The notes beneath the pieces are model-generated. The model worked only from the letters and a program-made list of their open reading frames with translations. It had not been told where the DNA came from and searched no databases. Made by a program: the position numbers and the translations under genes. From Acidimicrobiales bacterium (GTDB taxonomy: Bacteria > Actinomycetota > Acidimicrobiia > Acidimicrobiales > Bin134), in contig OZ220474.1 of the NCBI GenBank assembly GCA_965115985.1, positions 2,974,707 to 3,038,706 on the forward strand: a DNA stretch of 64,000 nucleotides. The letters run 5' to 3'. This document shows positions 56,830 through 64,000 of the stretch, one piece after another. How positions within the stretch are numbered: position 1 is the stretch's first letter; each line of letters opens with the position of its first letter.

Positions 56830-57527
56830 CGGCTACGTCGCACCAGACGGCCGTGGGCAAGGTCATATACCTCTCCCATCTGGTCGGCAACCGACTGGTC
56901 ATGGGTGGAAACCACCAGAGTGGCCCCGGAATCGGCAGAGGCAATCCGCAGCACCGACATCACTTGTCGCGAACCGGCCTCGTCGAGCGAACCGGTCGGC
57001 TCGTCGCACAAGATTACTTCGGGGCGAGTAACCAGAGCTCGGGCCATTGCAACCCTTTGGGTCTCACCCCCGGACAACTGAGCCGGCCACGCCCTCGGAT
57101 TGTCGAAACCAACAGCCTCAAGCGCATCATTTACGAGATCGGCCGAGGGCCTATCACCTCTAAGCAACAGCGGAAGCACCAGGTTCTCACCAACCCTTAA
57201 TTCCGGCAACAACTCACCGAACTGGAAAACCATCGAGAGCTTGCTCTGGCGCAGAACTGCCCTGTCTTTTGCATGAGCTCGTAGAAGATCCAAACCGGCA
57301 ACGCTCACCCGACCACCATCGGGAACAATGATCCCCGCCAGAATGTGCAACAAGGTTGTCTTACCCGACCCACTCGGACCCATAACCGCTACCTGACTCC
57401 CCCTCGGAGCATCCCAGCAAAGCCCATTCAACACCCGCCGCTCCCCAAAAGAGAGAACAATGTCCACACACGAAATGGCGGAATTCGGGGTGGCGTTCAT
57501 AGGATTTCTGCTCTCGAGCTTATGCAA
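56826..57527 (-). CDS. ABC transporter ATP-binding protein (MacB/LolD-like)
   Basis: Walker A GPSGSGKTT, signature LSGGETQR, Walker B ILCDEPTGSLD. It is visibly lower in GC than its surroundings. Confidence 0.93.
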   Translation of the reverse strand: MHKLESRNPMNATPNSAISCVDIVLSFGERRVLNGLCWDAPRGSQVAVMGPSGSGKTTLLHILAGIIVPDGGRVSVAGLDLLRAHAKDRAVLRQSKLSMVFQFGELLPELRVGENLVLPLLLRGDRPSADLVNDALEAVGFDNPRAWPAQLSGGETQRVAMARALVTRPEVILCDEPTGSLDEAGSRQVMSVLRIASADSGATLVVSTHDQSVADQMGEVYDLAHGRLVRRSR

Positions 57528-57584
57528 AGACTCGGACTGTCGGTGAACCTACGTCTGCGATCGGGGGTTGTCAACCGAATGGTC

Positions 57585-57621
57585 TTTCAAAAGACGACAA
57601 ATTTTATGTCCACTTTTGAAA
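57585..57621. promoter_or_regulatory. 9-bp inverted repeat (TTTCAAAAG-19 nt-CTTTTGAAA) in the AT-rich region upstream of the ABC operon
   Basis: Read directly at 57585-57593 and 57613-57621. A second small dyad, GGTTG-t-CAACC, lies at 57566-57576. Confidence 0.4.
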
Positions 57622-57622
57622 A

Positions 57623-59311
57623 TCAGCGGGGCACGACATAGCCCGATTGTTCCCGGTCCCAGGTATCGGGGGTGATGCCCTGCTCGCGTAGTTTGAACTT
57701 CTGGACCCGCTCGGAGGGGGTCTTGGGCAGTTCGTTCGCCCAGCGTACGAAGCGGGGTACGGCGAAATGGGCCATGCGGGGCACGCAGAAGTCGAGCAGG
57801 GCGACCTCGGAGAGCTCGTGGTCGGCCTTGAGCACCACCACGGCCATCACCTCCTCCTCGCCCAGCTCGGAGGGCACGCCGATCACCGCCGACTCCAGTA
57901 CCGCTTCGCAGGTGTTGATCACCGCCTCCACCTCGTAGGAGGAGATGTTCTCCCCCCGGCGGCGCACGCAGTCCTTCATACGGTCGATGAACGTCAGATA
58001 GCCGTCGGAGTCCAGGCGGCCCCGGTCGCCGGTATGGAACCACAGGTTGCGAAACGCCTCCACCGTGGCATCGGCCATGTCGAAGTAGTGGTCGAACATG
58101 ACGTAGGGCTTCTTGGGACGCACCACGATCTCGCCCGCGGTGCCGGCGGGAACGGGGCGGTCCTCGGAGTCCACCACCGCCACGTGATAGAGGGCCGATT
58201 CCCGCCCGGCGGTGCCGATCCTGCGCACTCCCCGGCGGTTCTCGGTGGCGATGGCTGCCTCGGTCATGCCGTACACCTCGGTCAGGTGGACCCCGAAGCG
58301 CTCCTCGAACCGCTCCCATATCTCCACCGGGCAGGGGGCCCCGAAGCCGTTGCGCACCGGGTTGTCGGCGTCGTCGGGCCGCTCGGGCTGCTTCCACAGC
58401 ATCATCAGGAGCCCGCCCTGGTAGTTGAACGCGGTGATGCCGTCGGCCCGGCAGCGGTCCCAGAAGCGGCTGGCCGAGAACCGCCGGTCCATCACCAGTC
58501 GGGCGTCGGCCTCCATGGCGCACATCACGCTGGTGTACTTGGCGTTTATGTGGAACAGCGGGAAGGCGGTGTAGAGCACGTCGTCGGCGTGGTAGCCCAC
58601 CAGATCGACGGTGTGGCGGGCCAGGTTCAGATTGGCCTCGTGGCTCAGCATCACCCCCTTGGACGGGCCGGTGGTGCCCGAGGTGTACAGGATCACCGCG
58701 GTGTTCCGGTAGTCGATGGCGGGCTCGGGCGGCGAGGAGCCGAGGTACAGATCGGCCAGCTCGTGGACGGTGACATGGCCGGGAAACTCGGGGGTGCCGG
58801 TGGCGCTTCCCCCACGCCCGTCGGCCCGGGTGGGGGCACCGCCGGTGACATGGCCGGGGAACTCGGGGGTGCCGGTGGCGTTCGGGCCGGGCGGCCGATT
58901 CACCACCACGTGCTCGAGGTCGGGCAGGCTCCTGGCCGCCTCGGCGATGCGGTCCAGGTACTCGGCGTCGCACACCACCGCCCGCGAGCGGGACTGGGCC
59001 ACCAGGTATTCCAGCAGGTGGCCCCGGTAGGCCTGGTTGATGGGCACCTCCACCACTGCGGCCTTGGTCATGGCGAACCAGGCGTCTATGCACTCCAGCG
59101 AGTTCTGCATCATCAAGCACGAACGGTCGCCCGGCTCCAGCCCCAGCGAGACCAGACCGGCCGCCAGCCTGTCCGAGTCCAGATGAACCCCGACGTAGGA
59201 CTTGTCCCGCCCCTCCACGGTCAGCGCCCGCCGCTCGCCGTTCACCTCCGCCTTGTGGCGAATCCAAGCCCCGATGGTGGGGGGATCGTCGGGGGTGCCG
59301 GTCGAACTCAT
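57623..59311 (-). CDS. AMP-dependent acyl-CoA synthetase/ligase
   Basis: YTSGTTGPSKGV (AMP-binding motif), YGMTE, HTGDRG, and a C-terminal K in LPKTPSERVQK. The preferred start is ATG 59311 (the ORF runs to 59362). Confidence 0.9.
   Translation of the reverse strand: MSSTGTPDDPPTIGAWIRHKAEVNGERRALTVEGRDKSYVGVHLDSDRLAAGLVSLGLEPGDRSCLMMQNSLECIDAWFAMTKAAVVEVPINQAYRGHLLEYLVAQSRSRAVVCDAEYLDRIAEAARSLPDLEHVVVNRPPGPNATGTPEFPGHVTGGAPTRADGRGGSATGTPEFPGHVTVHELADLYLGSSPPEPAIDYRNTAVILYTSGTTGPSKGVMLSHEANLNLARHTVDLVGYHADDVLYTAFPLFHINAKYTSVMCAMEADARLVMDRRFSASRFWDRCRADGITAFNYQGGLLMMLWKQPERPDDADNPVRNGFGAPCPVEIWERFEERFGVHLTEVYGMTEAAIATENRRGVRRIGTAGRESALYHVAVVDSEDRPVPAGTAGEIVVRPKKPYVMFDHYFDMADATVEAFRNLWFHTGDRGRLDSDGYLTFIDRMKDCVRRRGENISSYEVEAVINTCEAVLESAVIGVPSELGEEEVMAVVVLKADHELSEVALLDFCVPRMAHFAVPRFVRWANELPKTPSERVQKFKLREQGITPDTWDREQSGYVVPR
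58769..58885 (-). repeat. 75-bp x1.5 in-frame duplication inside the acyl-CoA synthetase, TGTPEFPGHVT...(25 aa)...TGTPEFPGHVT
   Basis: ggtgacatggccgggRaactcgggggtgccggtggcg occurs at 58769 and 58844. Confidence 0.9.
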
Positions 59312-59339
59312 CGAGATTCCCTGCCGCCGCCGACCCGTC

Positions 59340-60122
59340 TCAGCCCAGAACTTCGGGAGCATCGCGCAACAAACGCCGAACAGCCCCCTCCCAGTAGTAC
59401 CGCACGGTCATGTGGTGACTGTTGATGGCCGCCTTGAGCGGGGGGCGCTGCTCGGGAGGCACGGGCACCGGGGTTTGCCCGGCGATCATGGCATCGTGGT
59501 TGAGCCTGCACACCCGCTCGAAGTTCGATGCCCGATAGACGGCCTGCTCGGTGGTCTCGCCGGTGATGAGCACCCCGTGGTTGGCCAGGATCACCGCGGT
59601 GGCCTCTCCAACCGCGTCGGCCAGGTGCCGTCCGCCGGAAGCGTCGTCCACCCCACCGGTATAGGTGCCGAACAGGGCGATGTCGCCGTCGAACATGCAG
59701 GCCTGCTGATCGGTGATCTCCGGCAGTCGGTGCAGGGTGGAGAGCAGGCTCCCGTAGTAGGGGTGGTTGTGGATCACCACCCGGGCATCGGGGCGGGCTC
59801 GGTGCAACTCGGTGTGAATGAACACCGCCGGGGTCACGTCCCAGCGGCCCTCCAACACCTCGCCGTCGGCATCGATCACCAAAATGTCCGATGCGGTGAT
59901 CTCGCCCCACCACAGCCCGTAGGGGGTACACCACATGGAGCCGTCATCGGCCTCGTCGCGGACCACGGTGATGTGGCCGGCCACATCCAGGGCGTATCCC
60001 TCGGCATCGAGAATCCGGGCCGCACAGGCCATCTTCTGCGGCACGGTCAGGGAATGGTCCAGGCCGGGCATCACCCGGGGAAATGCGCTCTGCCCGGCGA
60101 TGGCGGCATCGAGCTTGCCCAT
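59340..60122 (-). CDS. Class II aldolase/adducin-domain protein
   Basis: From ATG 60122: GHITVR, IHTELHRARPD..VVIHNHP, ILANHGVLITGET. Confidence 0.85.
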   Translation of the reverse strand: MGKLDAAIAGQSAFPRVMPGLDHSLTVPQKMACAARILDAEGYALDVAGHITVVRDEADDGSMWCTPYGLWWGEITASDILVIDADGEVLEGRWDVTPAVFIHTELHRARPDARVVIHNHPYYGSLLSTLHRLPEITDQQACMFDGDIALFGTYTGGVDDASGGRHLADAVGEATAVILANHGVLITGETTEQAVYRASNFERVCRLNHDAMIAGQTPVPVPPEQRPPLKAAINSHHMTVRYYWEGAVRRLLRDAPEVLG

Positions 60123-60254
60123 ACCCTGTTGGATAGCACATCGAGCCGATCCCCGAGGAATGTTCGGACACCGGCAGGGTCGGCCGATAGCCTGAAGCGG
60201 GCAGGAGCGAGGAAGGTGGGCAGGCATGAGCAATTCCAACGAGAGGCGTAAGTT

Positions 60255-60611
60255 GTGACAAGCAAGCTGAAGGACAAGCACCGCGAGGCAATTGTCACAA
60301 TAATTTCTGCCAATGACCGAGTGGAAAAAGCGGTGCTGTTCGGATCCAGGGCGACCGGAACGAACACCGTGTCGTCCGACGTGGATATTGCCTTGTTCGG
60401 CAACTGCTTGACTTTCACGGATCAGGCCCGTATAAGCGCCGCTTTGGAAGCGCTCCCGATGGTCCAGTCGGTAGATCTTGTGTTGTACGAATCAATACAA
60501 AAGGAAGCCTTGAAGGGGCACATCCGAAAACAAGGCATCACCTGGTACGAACGACCACCTCACGAACAGAGCTTGGGTGGGCGGGGGTCAGAGGCCGAGT
60601 TCGGCGCGTAG
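60255..60611 (+). CDS. Nucleotidyltransferase-domain protein (MNT-type antitoxin-like), orphan
   Basis: LFGSRATGTNTVSSDVDIALFG is the minimal NTase GS-x9-DxD motif. The gene is low in GC. Its last 24 nt overlap the 3' end of the convergent synthetase gene. No HEPN partner ORF follows. Confidence 0.7.
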   Translation: MTSKLKDKHREAIVTIISANDRVEKAVLFGSRATGTNTVSSDVDIALFGNCLTFTDQARISAALEALPMVQSVDLVLYESIQKEALKGHIRKQGITWYERPPHEQSLGGRGSEAEFGA

Positions 60612-62228
60612 TTTGTCGGCCAGGCGGAACTTCTGGATCTTGGTGGCGGACAGGGGCCATTCGTTGGGGGCGACGAAACGGATGTGGTGGGGGATCTTGA
60701 AACTGGCAATTTCGCCCCGGCAGAACTCGATCAGCTCGTCCTCGCCGACCTCGGTGCCGGGCTTCAGCTCGCAGAAGGCGGCGGGCACCTCCTGGTACTT
60801 TTCGTCGGGCAGGGCCACCACCTGGGCGATGGCCACCGCCGGGTGGGTCTGGAGGTAGCTCTCTATCTCCACCGCGGCCACGTTCTCGCCCCCCACCTTG
60901 AGCATGTCCTTGGTGCGGCCCAGGTAGCTGATGCGCCCTTCGGGGTCGAGCGAACCGATGTCGCCGGTGAAGAACCAGCCCTCGTCGTCGAAGCACTCGG
61001 CGTTCTTGGCGGGATCCTTGTAGTAGCCCTCGAACAGGTTGTAACCCCTAACCCAGATCTCGCCCCGCTGGTGGGGTTCGGTCAGCGTTCGGCGGGTATC
61101 GAGGTCCTTTATCCTGATCTCGATGCCCCGGAACGGGCGGCCCGACGACACCGCCCACGTCTCCGGCGGGTCCTCGGGACCGGAGAAGGCCACCACCCCG
61201 CCGCACTCGGTGAGGCCGTAGGCGTTGATGTGACGAGCCCAGGGCAGCAGGGCGTGTATGGCCCGTAGCGCATCGGGGGGAGCCACGTTGTTCATCAGCC
61301 GAATACGCTGGAACTCGTCGGCGTCCCAGTCGGGGTGATTTATCATCGCCTGGGTCACCGGCGGGAAGGTGGAGAAGCACACCGTGGCCTTCTCCTCACG
61401 CATCTGGGCGATGGCGGCACCCGGATCGAAGTGGGTGAGCGTCACGTACGACGACCCGGCGTCGAGGCAGCCGATGAGCGGCAGGATCGAGCTCATGTGG
61501 AACAGGGGGAGCGGATCCCAGAACACGTCGGTGGCGGTCAGCTCGAACCGGGTCCGACAGGCGGTAACCGCGGTACGCACCAGAGCCTCGTGGTTCAGGG
61601 GACAGCCCTTGGGCTCGGCGGTGGTGCCCGAGGTGTAGATCATGAGCGCCACGTCCCGAATGGCCACCCGGGAACGGAGCAGCTCCACCTCGTCGTCGGT
61701 GACCTGGTCGGCACAAGCCTCGAATCCGGCCCGGTCCACCATACCGGTGGGGGTGGTGCTGCCCAGCAGCACCACCGACTTGAGCTCGGGAGCGACGTCG
61801 AGATCCAGGTCGGCGGGATCGGGGGCATCGGCCAGGCCGGGGAGGCAGTCGTGGAGAATCGCCACGTAGTCGGTGTGCTGGTCGATGATGTCGCTGGTGA
61901 CCAGTACCCTCAGATCGGCGTTCTCGGTGACGTAGGCCAGCTCCCGGCCCTTGAAGCGAGCGTTGATGGGAACCGGGGTGGCACCGATGAGGGCGGCACC
62001 GAACATGACCTCGATGAAGTCCATGCAGTTGGGCATGAGGATCCCCACCCGGTCCTTGGGCCCAACTCCCAGCCCCAGCAGCGACCGGGCCGACCGGCGG
62101 GCCGCCTCCTCCAGCGACTCGAAGCTGTGCCGATCGTCGGGGAACACCACCGCGTCCCCGCCCCCGTACAACGCCGCGGCCCGCACGACCAGGTCGCCGA
62201 ACGTGGTGACGTCAATCCAAGTGCTCAT
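60588..62228 (-). CDS. AMP-dependent acyl-CoA synthetase (fatty-acid-CoA ligase-like)
   Basis: IYTSGTTAEPKGC, YGLTECGG, FFTGDIG, KDMLKVGGENV, and a C-terminal SATKIQKF. The preferred start is ATG 62228. Confidence 0.9.
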   Translation of the reverse strand: MSTWIDVTTFGDLVVRAAALYGGGDAVVFPDDRHSFESLEEAARRSARSLLGLGVGPKDRVGILMPNCMDFIEVMFGAALIGATPVPINARFKGRELAYVTENADLRVLVTSDIIDQHTDYVAILHDCLPGLADAPDPADLDLDVAPELKSVVLLGSTTPTGMVDRAGFEACADQVTDDEVELLRSRVAIRDVALMIYTSGTTAEPKGCPLNHEALVRTAVTACRTRFELTATDVFWDPLPLFHMSSILPLIGCLDAGSSYVTLTHFDPGAAIAQMREEKATVCFSTFPPVTQAMINHPDWDADEFQRIRLMNNVAPPDALRAIHALLPWARHINAYGLTECGGVVAFSGPEDPPETWAVSSGRPFRGIEIRIKDLDTRRTLTEPHQRGEIWVRGYNLFEGYYKDPAKNAECFDDEGWFFTGDIGSLDPEGRISYLGRTKDMLKVGGENVAAVEIESYLQTHPAVAIAQVVALPDEKYQEVPAAFCELKPGTEVGEDELIEFCRGEIASFKIPHHIRFVAPNEWPLSATKIQKFRLADKLRAELGL

Positions 62229-62370
62229 CCCCGTAGCTTCGCGCACCCGAGCGGGGCGATGCCCGACCCGCAGGTGTACCAGTGGGAAACTGCCACTGGA
62301 TGTTCATGCACCGCCCGCCCCCATCGTTTTCGACCAGCCGGTCGGTTCCGGCCCAGTGGGAAATGCCGTT

Positions 62371-63534
62371 CTAGTGGGAGTGGGAGAAGAACTGGAGGAT
62401 CTTGGACTTGTGACGGATTTCCTTCTCGGTGGCCAGGAGATGATCCACATGGTGGTTCTCGTTGCCGCAGTCGTCCACCGAGTGCTCGAGCTGAATGGTG
62501 GAGTGCTGGATTCCGTACCGACTGGCGATCGAGCGAATCCGTTTTAGCTGCGAGTCGGTTCCGCCCTCGTACTCGTAGTCCGGGTCGGCCAGAACGTGGG
62601 CGGTCATCGACAGATACCCGGAGGTGATGGTTCGGACATGTACGTCGTGGACGATGGTTACGCCCTCCACGTCTTCGATTTCGGCGCAGAGCTTGAACAC
62701 GTCCACGTGCTCGGGAGTTCCGTCGATCAGCACGTGGAACACCTCGGTCACCAGATTCCAGGAACTCATGAGGATCAGCAAGCCAATGACCATACTGAGG
62801 ATCGGGTCAACGACGTCCCAGCCCAGGCTGAGCACCACGACCCCGGAAACCACCACGGCCACCGACCCCAGCAGGTCGGCCAATACATGCTGGAAGGCAC
62901 CCTCCACGTTCAGACTGTGCTGGGACTGCCGATGGAGAATCCAGGCCACCAGGACATTGATCAACAGACCGGCGGCACCGACGATGAGCATGAGCGCGCC
63001 CTCGACTTCGGCCTCGTCGCCGATTCGGTGGAAGGCCTCGTAGAAGATCCAGGCCACGATCACCCACAGGGACAAAACGTTGAACAACGCGGCCAGTATC
63101 TCGGTTCGATAGAAGCCGAAGGTCCGGTGGGTCGAGGGCGGCCGGTCGGCGGCCCACATGGCGAACAGCGCCAGCCCGATGGCCGCGCTGTCGGTGAGCA
63201 TGTGCCCGGCATCGGCGATAAGCGCCAAGCTGCCCGAGGCAATACCGCCGATCACCTCGATCACCATGAAGGTGGTGGTCAAGGTAACCGCCAGAATCAG
63301 ACTGCGGCGGCTGGCCTCCCGCAGGTCGTGATGGTGGTGCCCGTGATCGTGGTCATGGTGGTGGTCGTGCCCATGATCGTGGTCATGACTGTGGTCGTGA
63401 CCATGGTGGTGATCGTGCTCATGACTGTGGTCATGCCCGTGATTGTGACCATGGCCACCACCATGATCTTCCTCGTGACCATGGTGGTGATCGTGCCCAT
63501 GCTCATGGTCGTGACCACGATCAGATTTTGCCAC
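62371..63534 (-). CDS. Cation diffusion facilitator (CzcD/ZitB-type) exporter with 65-residue His-rich N-terminus
   Basis: CDF TM core (GSLALIADAGHMLTDSAAIG, HVLADLLGS) and a C-terminal cytosolic domain. The N-terminus reads GHDHEHGHDHHHGH...HDHDHGHHHH. The GTG start shares one base with the upstream TAG (TAGTG). Confidence 0.92.
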   Translation of the reverse strand: MAKSDRGHDHEHGHDHHHGHEEDHGGGHGHNHGHDHSHEHDHHHGHDHSHDHDHGHDHHHDHDHGHHHHDLREASRRSLILAVTLTTTFMVIEVIGGIASGSLALIADAGHMLTDSAAIGLALFAMWAADRPPSTHRTFGFYRTEILAALFNVLSLWVIVAWIFYEAFHRIGDEAEVEGALMLIVGAAGLLINVLVAWILHRQSQHSLNVEGAFQHVLADLLGSVAVVVSGVVVLSLGWDVVDPILSMVIGLLILMSSWNLVTEVFHVLIDGTPEHVDVFKLCAEIEDVEGVTIVHDVHVRTITSGYLSMTAHVLADPDYEYEGGTDSQLKRIRSIASRYGIQHSTIQLEHSVDDCGNENHHVDHLLATEKEIRHKSKILQFFSHSH

Positions 63535-63761
63535 TAGGCCGCTTTACAGCACTCGTCGGTGTGGACGTGTACTGGGATGTTGCAGTGGTCCTCGTGGTCG
63601 GCATGGGTGTGCTCACCGGCATCGCAGTGAGCAGAGTGATCGTGACTGTCGTCACAGTGATCGGCGTGGTTGTGCTCCACCTGATCGCAGTGATCCTCGT
63701 GGTCGGCGTGGGTGTGCTCCGGGTGGTCGTAGCACGAATCGGAGTGGACATGATCTGACAT
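63534..63761 (-). CDS. 75-aa His/Cys/Asp-rich putative metal-binding protein, translationally coupled to the CDF gene
   Basis: The ATG at 63761 is preceded by GAAAGG 7 nt upstream. The product MSDHVHSDSCYDHPEHTHADHEDHCDQVEHNHADHCDDSHDHSAHCDAGEHTHADHEDHCNIPVHVHTDECCKAA has 19 His, 7 Cys and 14 Asp (counted), with an internal repeat EHTHADHEDHC x2. Confidence 0.7.
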   Translation of the reverse strand: MSDHVHSDSCYDHPEHTHADHEDHCDQVEHNHADHCDDSHDHSAHCDAGEHTHADHEDHCNIPVHVHTDECCKAA

Positions 63762-63785
63762 GATCTGGCCTTTCTGATGGTGGCT

Positions 63786-63842
63786 GGCACCCACTTGGTG
63801 CCCGGTATCGCAAACGATAATCACCACTGTCCCCCAAGTCAA
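63786..63842 (-). promoter_or_regulatory. Candidate promoter and two operator-like dyads upstream of the His/Cys-rich gene
   Basis: On the minus strand: TTGACT (63842-63837), then 17 nt, then TATCGT (63819-63814). The dyads are TATCG-caaa-CGATA (63806-63819) and GGCACC-cactt-GGTGCC (63786-63802). Confidence 0.35.
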
Positions 63843-63849
63843 TAGCCTT

Positions 63850-63948
63850 GAGTCAACGGCTTTGGAGCTTGGGTTTTTCGCTACCGCAATCATCCACGGC
63901 GCTGTCAACGGTCTTCGAGTCAACGGCTTTGGAGCTTGGGTTTTTCGC
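63850..63948. repeat. 32-bp core repeated at 67-bp spacing upstream of the metal-export operon
   Basis: gagtcaacggctttggagcttgggtttttcgc occurs at 63850-63881 and 63917-63948. Confidence 0.9.
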
Positions 63949-64000
63949 CTCTTCAGCCGTTGGCGGCGGCCGTACCGGCGGAATGGGCGGCGACGAGGAT

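Noticed and set aside
63762-63923. Upstream part of ORF 63534-63923 (MTRRPLTAPWMIAVAKNPSS...) as the true N-terminus of the His/Cys-rich protein
   Set aside because: The internal ATG 63761 has a GAAAGG Shine-Dalgarno. The upstream part overlaps the putative promoter, the dyads and the 67-bp repeat, and it has a different composition.

Overview
64-kb window of a high-GC Actinomycetota-type chromosome (mIHF present; composition judged by eye, no numbers computed). The left third is a conserved housekeeping backbone: mihF-gmk-rpoZ-coaBC-metK-priA, then def-fmt-rsmB-mog-ribD-hisG, then infC-rpmI-rplT-trmH. It is interrupted by a 5.2-kb gene for a secreted protein with about 14 fibronectin-III domains. 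The rest is metabolic or accessory. It holds a Rieske oxygenase, an MgtE-like transporter with a PhoU/TrkA-C partner, a three-subunit molybdenum hydroxylase, and three tRNAs (Asn, a CAU tRNA that looks like Ile2, Val). It also holds histidine decarboxylase coupled to an ACT protein, zur-znuA-znuB, and hotdog/LLM/enoyl-CoA hydratase/GMC genes. Further right are a MacB-type ABC pair, two acyl-CoA synthetases, and a CDF exporter preceded by a His/Cys-rich mini-protein. I saw no rRNA, CRISPR array, transposase or integrase. Three results stand out. (1) About thirty locus-specific tandem minisatellites (17-75 bp units, 2-7 near-identical copies) lie in the window. Most sit exactly on stop codons, start codons or stop/start overlaps, and several pull formerly overlapping gene junctions apart. 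Arrays fully inside genes always have periods divisible by 3. (2) Two ORFs of the track (52212-52505 and 52527-52760) are one reading frame interrupted by TGA in the motif GFGG-U-GSC, followed by a hairpin. This reads as a UGSC-type selenoprotein gene with a SECIS element. (3) The metal-handling genes are unusual. ZnuA carries a His/Asp/Glu loop of about 150 residues built from perfect 42-bp repeats, there is no znuC next to it, and a 75-aa protein with 19 His and 7 Cys is translationally coupled to the CDF pump. Many long ORFs in the track are antisense or off-frame shadows of real genes, which is typical of high-GC DNA, and were not called.
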